DNA from: a virus
IMG/VR virus record: IMGVR_UViG_3300026290_000012
Coordinates: 1-61,980 of that record
Strand: one strand, 5' to 3'
Length of the DNA stretch: 61,980 nucleotides
Under the pieces are notes generated by a model. That model searched no databases. It saw nothing but the letters and a program-made list of their open reading frames with translations, and was not told where the DNA came from. Position 1 is the first letter of the stretch. Every line of letters begins with the position of its first letter. Below, piece by piece: positions 48,520-58,119 of this stretch. The translations under genes were made by a program, and so were the position numbers.

Positions 48520-48942
48520 ATGGTTAATGTTATTATTAACAATGAAACTTATGAACTGACTGATGAACCTTACCACGGCATTGTGCGTAAGGTTCGGAAG
48601 ATGCAGAAAGCAATGCTTATTGATTTTCTATCCAGGTTCAAGGATGAACTTGACGATAGTATGAAAATTGAAGATGCTCTTGCCATGATTGCAAATAAGC
48701 ATCCCGATGAAATTATTGAATATTCAGAGCGTGAGGAAGATTTCATCATTGTTACTACGATTTCTCTCGCTACAAATAAGATGTGGAATATAGAGGATTT
48801 TGACACTGTTCCTATTGGGGAAATGGATAAGATTTTCCAACAGTGTAAGGATGTTCTTGGTGGCGATGTGAACCGTTTTTTCAGAGGTTACGCGACGAAT
48901 ACACAGGAAGCACCGAAGGAACTCAAGTTGAAGAAGAAGTAG
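48520..48942 (+). CDS. tail assembly chaperone (G-like)
   Basis: Lies between tube and TMP; T-TTT-TTC slippery heptamer at 48876-48882. Confidence 0.72.
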   Translation: MVNVIINNETYELTDEPYHGIVRKVRKMQKAMLIDFLSRFKDELDDSMKIEDALAMIANKHPDEIIEYSEREEDFIIVTTISLATNKMWNIEDFDTVPIGEMDKIFQQCKDVLGGDVNRFFRGYATNTQEAPKELKLKKK

Positions 48943-49250
48943 GACAACTTTCTTTTTCAAACAATAAAGTAGCAGAAGTGCGTAATAAACTCAAGGGACG
49001 TAAATACTTACGCAATCTTCTGGAAAAAGATACTTATTACAAAAAAATAGCGCGATGGAAACATGCATTGCGTAATGGGTCTGATGATGAAGATTTCGCA
49101 GACTTTGTATTAATTGATGCTTTTGGTTGGTCATGGGATGAATTAAACAATATTCCAGAACAGAAGTATCTTGCTATTTCTAAAATATTATCCTTAAAGA
49201 ATGCTGAAGAAGCAAAGCAGGCTAAGCGCCAAAAGATTAAGAAAAGGTGA
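48879..49250 (+). CDS. -1 frameshift extension of the tail chaperone (GT-like)
   Basis: -1 frame open from 48879 through GTG 48978 to stop 49250. Confidence 0.7.
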   Translation, partial: FQRLRDEYTGSTEGTQVEEEVGQLSFSNNKVAEVRNKLKGRKYLRNLLEKDTYYKKIARWKHALRNGSDDEDFADFVLIDAFGWSWDELNNIPEQKYLAISKILSLKNAEEAKQAKRQKIKKR

Positions 49251-49255
49251 TATTG

Positions 49256-52200
49256 ATGCAACTTGGAGATAATGACATTGTAATTTATGTCGGCGGTAAT
49301 ATTACTGACTTCCAGCAGAAGATGGCACAGGCACAAGGTATTACCGCTACCACAAGTGCATCAATGGCTGCTACATTCAATCGTGCAATGAATGGTGTAA
49401 GCGAAACAATGCGAAGAACGGGTAACACCCTGGTTGGTGCTGCCGGTGCTGCTTCGATTGGTGTTATTTATCCCATTACACGCATTGCATCTGCTATTTT
49501 TGATACAGGTAAGGAGTTTGATTTACTCTCACAGAAAACTGTATCAGTCTTTGACTTAATGGGTAGAAGTGTAAACGATGTAAGGGAAGATTTACAGCAG
49601 TTTGCGTATGATCTCGCCGGTTCAACAATGTTTACTGCCAATGACATTATGGAGTCCATGTATGGCATGGCTCAGGCAGGTATGCAGGTTGAAGATGTTT
49701 ACGCTATAATGCCTGAAGTAATCAACCTTGCAACGGCACAATCCACTGATCTTGATACTGCTTTCAAGATGCTATTTGCTACTCTTTCTGCTTACAAAAT
49801 GGAAGCGACAGAAGCAACACGCGTTACACATGCTATTGCTGCTGCTGCTAGTGCATCAGTCCTTGATGTTGAAGATTTAGTCCTTGCACTCAAATACATT
49901 AATCCTACTTTTGCCTCTCTAGGATATAGCCTGGAAGAAGGACTTGCAATGGCCGCAATGCTTCGTGACTTATCGTTTACGGGTCAGAATGCAGGTAGGA
50001 TTCTTCGTGATGCTTTCACTGATTTAATTGCACCCACAGCAGAAGCAGCAAGTATTATTCGTAAATATAATCTTTCTATCTATAAGAATGGTGATGAGTT
50101 AAACGGACTTGTCGCTGAATATCATAGTGCTGCTGAAGCACTCGATCAAATGAAGAGTAGCACATCTGCATCAAATGAAGAAATCCAGAAACACAAAGAC
50201 TTCATGTTAGAATTAGAACGGCAGATGCAAGGTTTAGATACATCGTCTGAAAAATGGCAGAGTTTAAACAAAGCACTTGGTGAAGCGAGGTTTGCCGAAA
50301 AGGTAATGAAAAATGAAGTCAAGAAATCTAATTCTGAAATTGAAAAGCAGACTGCAAAAGTAAAAGCCCTTGAGAAACAAGTTAATTCTTTCTCAATGAC
50401 GGGCGTAAAATCACCTGCTGAAATTTTCTCTGAATTTAATCGTGCCATGTCAGAGGGTATGACTGAAGGTGAGTTTTCCAAAATCTTCGGTAAACAGTCA
50501 TACGCTGCCATGATCCAGATGTCAAAAGGAACCGAAGAATACGGTGAACTTTTAGAGCAGATTACGTATGATGTTGAAAAAGGTAGTGAGGCAACACGAC
50601 AGGCAGACATTATTCTTCAATCAGCAGCAGCACAGTATGAAATTCTTACGGGTAATCTTGCTACAGTAGCAGCAGAGATTTATGGTTCTATTGAACCTGC
50701 ACTTTATTCATTGTTTACTTCATTAAATGCTAATCTTGATGGATTGAAAGAATTTTGTATAATGGTTGCACAGAATTTCATACCCATTGTGCAGAATATT
50801 GCTGATCATGTAATAGGGTTAATTAATTGGTTCAATGGACTGGATACAAGCACGAAAGAACTTATTGCAAAGGTGACTGCAATGGGAATTGCATTTACTC
50901 TTATTGCTGTTCCCCTGTTGTTGTTTTCTGGTATCCTCATGTGGACACTTTCACCTTTTGTAAAATTCATTGGTAAGATTGGACTTGCAGCAGAGCGTAT
51001 TGGTATCTTACGTGCAGGGATGGTTACATTCAATCCTGACGCTGTAATCTTTGGTAAAAACATAATGGATATCAAGAATTCAGTAGGAATGTTTGCATCC
51101 TCATTACTAAACATGAATGGTCCTTTAACCACTACTAAAAATGGATTAATATCATTATTTGCACCATTTAAATCTTGTGAAGCGTTTGCTACATCATTTC
51201 AAAATGTATTTGTTGGTGCTTTAGCAAAATTAGGTACTGTATTTTATGGTATAAAAAGTTTAATTTTTACAACTATTCCAGGTATTTTGACTGCACTTGC
51301 ACCTCTTCTTGGTTGGATTATTTTAATTGTTGGTGCAATTACTTTATTGTGGTTTGCATGGCAGAATAATTGGTTTGGAATCAGAGATATTACTGCCAAT
51401 GCTATCACGTTCATAATGGATCATATTAAAATTCTTACTGATTTTATTAGTGAGACGTTTGGTGTAATCTTTGATAGTGTTTCTAATTTAATTGATGCAT
51501 TTATTAATGGTGATGTAAACAGACTGTTCAATGCTTTAGGTAGTCTTATTGGTGGAATCATCAGGTTAGTGGGTGGTTTACCGCTTAAGATGCTTGAGGT
51601 TGGATTCCGTATGATCATTGATTTCTGTAAGGGAATCATTGATGCTGCACCGAATGTTGGTTCTTCACTTATTAAATGGATCTTAAACGGTGGAATCCAA
51701 GAGTTTATTGTTAATGCAATCAAAGCGGCTGTAGAAGCAGGTGCAGCATTTGTAAAGGGTTTCATAGATGGAATTACGGGTAAAGCACCTGATGTCAAAG
51801 AGAAGGCTAAACCTGTAGGCAAGGCAGTTACAGACGGCATAAATGATGGTGTAGAGTCTGGTTTACCCGATGTCTATAAAACAATGGAAGATGGTGCTGT
51901 AAAGAGTGCTAATATATTTGAACAGAAATTCAATGAAACGTTCAGTAAATTAGATACCAAGAATCTTACCGAAGATGAATTAAATAATTTTAAGGCACTT
52001 GAACTTTCAAGAAAGGTTATTGATTTAACAGAATTAACAGACGATGATAAACAGTTCATTGGTGAACTACAAACTATTATTGAACAGAATGGTGGTGAAA
52101 TACCAGAGAAATTAAAGAAGAAAATAGATGAACAAGTAAAGGAACAGAAACCCTGGGCTGCCTTCCATGAAGAGTTTAGGAAAGAGTTTGATTTAATTCT

Positions 52201-53377
52201 TCAAGAATGGAACGCCATGAGTCCTGAAATGGCCCTAGAATTGAAAAAAGGATTTAAAGCGGCAGAACCTTTTATCAAACTTACTGATGGACTCCAAGAT
52301 GAAGAAAAACAGTTGATTGGTTTCCTTGACTCTGTTGCATCTGAATCTGGTAAGTTACCTGAAGATTTACAAAATGCGTTAAACACTAAACTGAAGATGG
52401 AACAGCCGCTTGATGAATGGTGGACTGATTTCTATCAGAAGTGGAAGGATACAGAGAAATTAGTTGAAGAGAAAATAAATGAAGAACCTTTAACTATTAA
52501 AGTTGAACTTGAAATTATACCGAAAGAAGAAATTAAACCAGAAGTTGTAGAAGAAAAGAAAGAATATTCTAAAGAAGAATTAGAGCAAAAGGCAAGAGAA
52601 GCGTCTTTACTTTACAATAATAACTTTGCTGATGTTCTTACAGGTAAAACAAGTGCAACTAGACTTAAAACGATTATAAACGGTGAATTTAATGAGACTG
52701 TAAAAGATGCAGGTGTAGCGGGTGAAAATGCTGCAAAAGAGTTTGCAGATAATTTCACTAGTGGAATACGAGAAGAGGATATTGACAGACTGTTTATGGG
52801 GCCTGTCTCTTATGGTTTTGATAGTAATTACACTAATGCAACTGTAATTGATTCTGAAGATATAACCATTGATGCAACTGTCACGCCTACAATCGATGAG
52901 GAGAAGAAAGAACAGGTAAAGGTTGATTCTAACACAGAGGGTAAAGCGTTAGTTGAGTCTTACAAGAAAGGTGTTGAAGAGAAGAAACCTGAACTTGACG
53001 CTACAGTAGATACAGTAAAATCATCAATCCTTGAAAAGTTGAATCTTGCAGAGAAAGCGTATGATCTTGGTTACACATTTGTCAATTCCTACACGAGTGG
53101 TATATTAGCAGCACTTCCCGCACTTCAAGCGGCAGTTAATCAGATGAATGGTATTCTGAACAGTGTAGAAGCACCACCTGTCAGTGTTACGTATGATGTG
53201 TCTGCTGCAATGGTTAACTTCGAAGGTTTACCGCAACTTCAGGGTAGCGGCACTACGAATAACTATGACATTGATGTAAACCTTAATAATGCAACAATTC
53301 GTAGTGAGCAGGACATAGATAAACTTGCAGATGCCGTGTATGAACGTATTAGTAGGAATGCGGGGTTAACAGCATGA
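49256..53377 (+). CDS. tape measure protein (TP901-type core)
   Basis: About 1370 aa, Ala-rich helical; TMFTANDIMESMYGMAQAG and DVEDLVLALKY core; membrane segments; typical C-terminus. Confidence 0.92.
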   Translation: MQLGDNDIVIYVGGNITDFQQKMAQAQGITATTSASMAATFNRAMNGVSETMRRTGNTLVGAAGAASIGVIYPITRIASAIFDTGKEFDLLSQKTVSVFDLMGRSVNDVREDLQQFAYDLAGSTMFTANDIMESMYGMAQAGMQVEDVYAIMPEVINLATAQSTDLDTAFKMLFATLSAYKMEATEATRVTHAIAAAASASVLDVEDLVLALKYINPTFASLGYSLEEGLAMAAMLRDLSFTGQNAGRILRDAFTDLIAPTAEAASIIRKYNLSIYKNGDELNGLVAEYHSAAEALDQMKSSTSASNEEIQKHKDFMLELERQMQGLDTSSEKWQSLNKALGEARFAEKVMKNEVKKSNSEIEKQTAKVKALEKQVNSFSMTGVKSPAEIFSEFNRAMSEGMTEGEFSKIFGKQSYAAMIQMSKGTEEYGELLEQITYDVEKGSEATRQADIILQSAAAQYEILTGNLATVAAEIYGSIEPALYSLFTSLNANLDGLKEFCIMVAQNFIPIVQNIADHVIGLINWFNGLDTSTKELIAKVTAMGIAFTLIAVPLLLFSGILMWTLSPFVKFIGKIGLAAERIGILRAGMVTFNPDAVIFGKNIMDIKNSVGMFASSLLNMNGPLTTTKNGLISLFAPFKSCEAFATSFQNVFVGALAKLGTVFYGIKSLIFTTIPGILTALAPLLGWIILIVGAITLLWFAWQNNWFGIRDITANAITFIMDHIKILTDFISETFGVIFDSVSNLIDAFINGDVNRLFNALGSLIGGIIRLVGGLPLKMLEVGFRMIIDFCKGIIDAAPNVGSSLIKWILNGGIQEFIVNAIKAAVEAGAAFVKGFIDGITGKAPDVKEKAKPVGKAVTDGINDGVESGLPDVYKTMEDGAVKSANIFEQKFNETFSKLDTKNLTEDELNNFKALELSRKVIDLTELTDDDKQFIGELQTIIEQNGGEIPEKLKKKIDEQVKEQKPWAAFHEEFRKEFDLILQEWNAMSPEMALELKKGFKAAEPFIKLTDGLQDEEKQLIGFLDSVASESGKLPEDLQNALNTKLKMEQPLDEWWTDFYQKWKDTEKLVEEKINEEPLTIKVELEIIPKEEIKPEVVEEKKEYSKEELEQKAREASLLYNNNFADVLTGKTSATRLKTIINGEFNETVKDAGVAGENAAKEFADNFTSGIREEDIDRLFMGPVSYGFDSNYTNATVIDSEDITIDATVTPTIDEEKKEQVKVDSNTEGKALVESYKKGVEEKKPELDATVDTVKSSILEKLNLAEKAYDLGYTFVNSYTSGILAALPALQAAVNQMNGILNSVEAPPVSVTYDVSAAMVNFEGLPQLQGSGTTNNYDIDVNLNNATIRSEQDIDKLADAVYERISRNAGLTA

Positions 53378-54423
53378 AGGCAATTCTCCGTGGACTACGT
53401 GATTATAATGTCAATTCCTACACGGTTACTCTGATGAGTAATGAGAAGAAATATTGCGTTGTTACCATCTCTGCAAAAGACTACTACACGCTTCAGAGTG
53501 AATCAGAGTTGATGTTGATTGTTGATGGGATGGAAATATTCACTGGCGTAATCAACAAAATCAATTTTGATTACTTGAACAATAAATACAACATTACTCT
53601 GGATGAACTTGCCTACAAGTTATCATTTGACTATGATTTGATGAGTAAAAGTGCAAGTTTTGACATCACTTACACCTCAACTACCTCTGACATCATCTTG
53701 TCAGAGATCCTTGCTAATACAGCGTTTACAGTGGGTTACGTGCCAATACAGACTATTGATGAACTAAAGGGTGACAAACTCAATCGCTATGAGTGGTTAC
53801 GGTTACTTGCTGATAATTGTGTCTGTGGCCTAGATGCAAATGGTAAATATACTACTGATTCTGCTAACATTGTCTCTGAACAAACTGCGTGTGATGTGTG
53901 GACGGTAGGAAATGAGATTTTCATTGGTGTAAATGGTTGCACTCGTAGTAACAAGACAAGTCATACCTGGAACAAAAAAACATGCAACATATCCAATGCA
54001 ATTATTGATATTCCAGAGATTGAAGTTAATGTTCATCCTGTGCAGAAGGTTATTGTAATTGGTAAGGATGGTGTTACTGGTGAGGCAAGTGTGGGGACAA
54101 ATCCTACCATTGTTATTACTGATGATTCATGTACAGATGTAGCCGCATGTGAGAAACGTGCAAAAGATGAATTGAGTAAGCAGAATAAACTTGCATCACT
54201 CACGATTAATGTTGATCCTGACTTGTTCTACTCAAAGGCGATTGAACTCGGTTGTCACGTTACTATAAGTGAACCTGCATTCATTGCTGGTGCGTATGAG
54301 ATTATTGAAATGGAAATTACCAATGATAAATGTAGTATTACACTTGATAAACCAAAGAAACGATTAGAGACTATACTTGATGATTTGAAGCGTCGTGTGA
54401 ATTTAATTGAGAGGTGGAGATAA
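53374..54423 (+). CDS. baseplate hub/tail-tip protein
   Basis: Follows TMP; VIVIGKDG..ITDDS..AKDELSK..IELGCHVTI pattern. Confidence 0.6.
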   Translation: MKAILRGLRDYNVNSYTVTLMSNEKKYCVVTISAKDYYTLQSESELMLIVDGMEIFTGVINKINFDYLNNKYNITLDELAYKLSFDYDLMSKSASFDITYTSTTSDIILSEILANTAFTVGYVPIQTIDELKGDKLNRYEWLRLLADNCVCGLDANGKYTTDSANIVSEQTACDVWTVGNEIFIGVNGCTRSNKTSHTWNKKTCNISNAIIDIPEIEVNVHPVQKVIVIGKDGVTGEASVGTNPTIVITDDSCTDVAACEKRAKDELSKQNKLASLTINVDPDLFYSKAIELGCHVTISEPAFIAGAYEIIEMEITNDKCSITLDKPKKRLETILDDLKRRVNLIERWR

Positions 54424-57321
54424 ATGTATATTGGAGATATTTATATTCCGTATGTTTCGGAATTTTCAGCAAATAAAACCACCAAAGAAAGTAAGGAAAC
54501 TAACTTCATCTCTGGCGATGCTGATCTTGATGAGACTACACCGAAACTGAAAGAACTTACTATAGCGGGTGTTGCAGCAGCATATGGAAGTAAGACTTCG
54601 GATGATTACGCTGATGATCTTGAGGCAGCATTAATACGTAATTCTGCCTACAATATTGTTGAGTATAATAATAAGAAGGGTTACTTTGTCCTTACTGATA
54701 TCGATATACCTGACACAGTAGAGAATCAAAATGCGCGTGAGTTTACTGGAACAGGTAAGTTCCTTCCTGCTGCTCGCTATGAGTGTTCTTACCGTGTAGA
54801 GACTGATTATGTTGATAGTGATTTTGCAATTCAGTTCCCTCCAATCATCGCCCTTCCCACAGGTGCAACCAACGTCAGAATCAAATCGCCTTGGGAAATC
54901 ATGTTTATTGATGAATGGCATGGAACTGTTGGCAGTGATGGTAAAATATCTATATTTAAACCGTTTCCTATTTTTGATGCTGATAACTATGCTATAACAT
55001 CTACAGGCACTAAAACGTTTATGGAGTCTGCCTACGGATGTTTTGTAACAGTGCTCAATGCACAGAATAAGAAAACAGAATGGACTACAACAGTAGGAAC
55101 AGACTTACCTAAAGGACGTTACAAGATTGTATTCCGCTTACAGGATTTGAATGTTGCTGATGATATATCCGTGACCGTAACGGGCAATAAAAGTGGTGAA
55201 TTAATTAATGAAATATTCACAACAGGTAAAACTACATGGACTACCATTGAGACTTCAGAATTTGAGGTTATAACACATGAAACGTTGTCTGTTTCCATAA
55301 AGAAGGTAAAAGCAACAACTAATACAATCAATGTAAACTATGGATTTATTCTTCCCACCTATACTGCAAAGGTAGTATTTGAGAATGATACTGAAGTAGA
55401 TTGTGGTAATGTCAAGGTGTTTGACACCAATGGTTCTACAACTGAATCTGAATGGAAACAAGTGTTTAATTACAACCATGATTTCTCTACGGGTATAGTA
55501 ATTCAAAACTCATTTTTCCGTTGGCATGTGGATACAAATGAGGTTTGGGATAATACAGGTGAGTTAACCAATCTCATCAATAATCAGGTAGGAAGATTAT
55601 ATCCACGTGCATTTAAGAACAATGATGTCAGTTACATTGTGAAGGAGATTCGTCCTGATCTAGTTGAGATTGAGTTCTCCCTGTTTGATGGTGAGTCAGA
55701 TGCAGGTGCAACAGATTGTAGAGAGATAGTTCTTGCTCGTTTCACTCCGTTGTATGTTACTTTTGAATTAATTCGTAATGGAACATTTAAATGGGATTGG
55801 CATGTTGATTTCAGCACTATGCCTTCATGGAAGGCGATTAGTGCGCCTTCTGATTTAATGGTAACATCATCGTTAGCAAACACTGAACATACAAGTGAGA
55901 ATGGTATCTTTACAGTAATATTTGATGAGTGTATTGCAGGTATTTGTAAATCAAAGAATAGTAGTGCATTAGTGCTTGGTGAAGGTGGATTATATGTAAA
56001 TAATACTGCTGAATCGGGTAACTTTATGTTTACACTTTTTATGATTTCTGGTTCCCTGGGTTCAGAGTATATATTCCAAAATACTACTGATGTTACATTA
56101 TCAAACGTGCAGTCTAATAGGATATTTGATAATTTTGTTGTTGATTCTTCTGCTGAATATGATGTAGAAAATGGTAGTAATTTTACTGAAACGTATGCAT
56201 ATTCAACAAGGGGTTTAAGAATAAAAAGCGACAATGAAAAATTAATTACAAAAAAATTAAAGAATTTAAAACTGGGAACAGGCAATTATCAAATGGAAAT
56301 TCAAATACAGTCTACAAAAAGTGTTACAAGAGAAGCGGGTTTAATAATTGCTGGTGATCCTAATTTTAATAATACATATTATGTTTGTTGTTTAGAACTT
56401 GATGCATCACAACCTAATGGTGGTAATAAATCTAAAGTTAAACTGCTCAAATTTAAACAGAATCAAAATAGTCAAGGTTCTTATGGCACTAATGGTTACG
56501 GCAAATATGGTTATGGTGCAGATGGTAGTGAAGTAGTTGCTGCTTCTAAAACTATTGAAGCGGTTTCAGGTGGCATTTATAATATTGATTGTGATTATAA
56601 TAATGAAGAACGCTCTTTCAAAATATATTTTTATAGTGTTTTTGTTGACAAACCCACAATACCCACAATTACTTATATTGGCGATGAAACATTTGAATAT
56701 GGTAATGTTGGTTTATTTGTTCGTTCTTCTAGTGTTGGTATAGGTAATGTTGATGTTGTATTTTGGGAAATGAAAGTAACCGATTCAATGATTTATGAAA
56801 AGGCTGGTTATCCATTTACAGTTCTTGCAGGCACAACACATGGTGGTTCAATTGGTTCACAAACAATAACTATTTTTGATGGTATAATTGGAGAGGATAT
56901 AGATATTGGACGTTACAATTTAATTGTTCAGACTATTTCTACAAGTACAGCAAGTGAACTTACATTTTCATTTGTTAATGCAACAGATTCTACAACATTA
57001 GCCATTGATACATCTGCAAAAAGTGAAACAATCGGTGGTGATGCAGTATTAACGTCATATAATCATGTAATTGAATTTAAAGAATCTGATATTGGTGATA
57101 ATGCACGCATTTATTTAAGTAATACAATCAGTGGTTATTATCCTTTAACATTAATTACTTATGCTGCACTCATTCCTGTATCAAATATAGAAGGTAGTGA
57201 AATTATAACACCAACAAATCTTTCCTTTGCATCGTTTAATGAACAAAACTATTACAGAAATCTTGAACCTAAAGAATTTGGTTCAAATCTGTTAAATAGA
57301 AAGTATAAATCATACAGGTGA
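54424..57321 (+). CDS. large tail-tip protein with beta-sandwich/carbohydrate-binding-like modules (paralog 1)
   Basis: N-terminus MYIGDIYIP and several blocks shared with 58120..59955. Confidence 0.6.
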   Translation: MYIGDIYIPYVSEFSANKTTKESKETNFISGDADLDETTPKLKELTIAGVAAAYGSKTSDDYADDLEAALIRNSAYNIVEYNNKKGYFVLTDIDIPDTVENQNAREFTGTGKFLPAARYECSYRVETDYVDSDFAIQFPPIIALPTGATNVRIKSPWEIMFIDEWHGTVGSDGKISIFKPFPIFDADNYAITSTGTKTFMESAYGCFVTVLNAQNKKTEWTTTVGTDLPKGRYKIVFRLQDLNVADDISVTVTGNKSGELINEIFTTGKTTWTTIETSEFEVITHETLSVSIKKVKATTNTINVNYGFILPTYTAKVVFENDTEVDCGNVKVFDTNGSTTESEWKQVFNYNHDFSTGIVIQNSFFRWHVDTNEVWDNTGELTNLINNQVGRLYPRAFKNNDVSYIVKEIRPDLVEIEFSLFDGESDAGATDCREIVLARFTPLYVTFELIRNGTFKWDWHVDFSTMPSWKAISAPSDLMVTSSLANTEHTSENGIFTVIFDECIAGICKSKNSSALVLGEGGLYVNNTAESGNFMFTLFMISGSLGSEYIFQNTTDVTLSNVQSNRIFDNFVVDSSAEYDVENGSNFTETYAYSTRGLRIKSDNEKLITKKLKNLKLGTGNYQMEIQIQSTKSVTREAGLIIAGDPNFNNTYYVCCLELDASQPNGGNKSKVKLLKFKQNQNSQGSYGTNGYGKYGYGADGSEVVAASKTIEAVSGGIYNIDCDYNNEERSFKIYFYSVFVDKPTIPTITYIGDETFEYGNVGLFVRSSSVGIGNVDVVFWEMKVTDSMIYEKAGYPFTVLAGTTHGGSIGSQTITIFDGIIGEDIDIGRYNLIVQTISTSTASELTFSFVNATDSTTLAIDTSAKSETIGGDAVLTSYNHVIEFKESDIGDNARIYLSNTISGYYPLTLITYAALIPVSNIEGSEIITPTNLSFASFNEQNYYRNLEPKEFGSNLLNRKYKSYR

Positions 57322-57327
57322 TTAAAC

Positions 57328-57945
57328 ATGGTAAGTACTTATACTCCAAAATTGAATTTAGCAAAACCTGCTCATGGTGATGTTGATTGGCATATTCCGG
57401 TTAATGGAAATTGGGATAAGATTGATACTGAATTAGATAAAGCATTAAAAATAAGTGGAACGACGATTGATGCGGACAAGGACTGGGGCGGGAAGAACAT
57501 CACGAACGTTGGGATCATCACAGGCCGTGGTTTACAAGCCACGCAGAAAAAGTCGTACGCCGCGTCAGATACAGTGATCCACACCGTGTCCGGTCAGGTG
57601 GGCGCACAGACCGAATCGCCGAAGACAACCCACACGGCCACAGTACCACCGGGGTATATGACCTCAAAATTCCGGGTTAAGTTCGACTATCGCGGGCCCG
57701 GTGGGCGGCTCTGTTATGCCCGGCTTCTCCGGAATGGGCGACAGGTGGGGCCCCTGGCGGTCGCTACCGACGCCTCCTGGGCGACCTACTCGGTTGATCT
57801 CGATGACGTCGAACCCGGAACGGTATTCCAGGTTCAAGCATGGGCCGCGAGTTACGGAGACACTTCGTACACCCGCGACCTCCGGATCTGCGGGGAGGTG
57901 GAAACATATATCCGTACCATCGGATCGTCCGATGTAATGTGGTGA
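57328..57945 (+). CDS. short tail fibre/receptor-binding protein with chimeric GC-rich C-terminus
   Basis: YTPKLNLAKP..W..PVN.NWDKID anchor motif; abrupt GC shift near 57465. Confidence 0.65.
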   Translation: MVSTYTPKLNLAKPAHGDVDWHIPVNGNWDKIDTELDKALKISGTTIDADKDWGGKNITNVGIITGRGLQATQKKSYAASDTVIHTVSGQVGAQTESPKTTHTATVPPGYMTSKFRVKFDYRGPGGRLCYARLLRNGRQVGPLAVATDASWATYSVDLDDVEPGTVFQVQAWAASYGDTSYTRDLRICGEVETYIRTIGSSDVMW

Positions 57946-57946
57946 G

Positions 57947-58020
57947 GTCCTAGAGGCTGATCCAGAACAACAAGGATTGAAACTCCTGGCTGGCGCGTGG
58001 TAATTTCTCTCACACGACTG
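57947..58020 (+). CRISPR. solitary 37-nt CRISPR-like repeat plus 37-nt putative spacer
   Basis: GTCCTAGAGGCTGATCCAGAACAACAAGGATTGAAAC (57947-57983) has a GATCC/GGATT hairpin and a 3' ATTGAAAC handle; no second full repeat and no cas genes. Confidence 0.7.
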
Positions 58021-58036
58021 GTTCCAAATCGAGGAC

Positions 58037-58080
58037 GGAGCAGGTATGCATACAATCGTATACATAACCCCGGCTCCTTT
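58037..58080 (+). terminator. long hairpin plus short T-tract after the CRISPR-like unit
   Basis: GGAGC..ATGCATAC-AATC-GTATACAT..GCTCC followed by TTT. Confidence 0.5.
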
Positions 58081-58119
58081 AAATTATAATTCGTCTAAAA
58101 ATAATAAAAAGGTGTTACA

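Noticed and set aside
50741-50750. GGATTGAAAG resembling a CRISPR repeat end
   Set aside because: Inside the tape-measure coding sequence with no upstream repeat similarity.
57869-57905. Possible degenerate upstream CRISPR repeat ending GGAAAC
   Set aside because: Within the coding sequence and only the last few bases match; likely chance.
57700-57945. Second DGR variable region in the short fibre gene
   Set aside because: No similarity to the visible TR; the GC shift spans about 600 nt and fits cassette exchange better.
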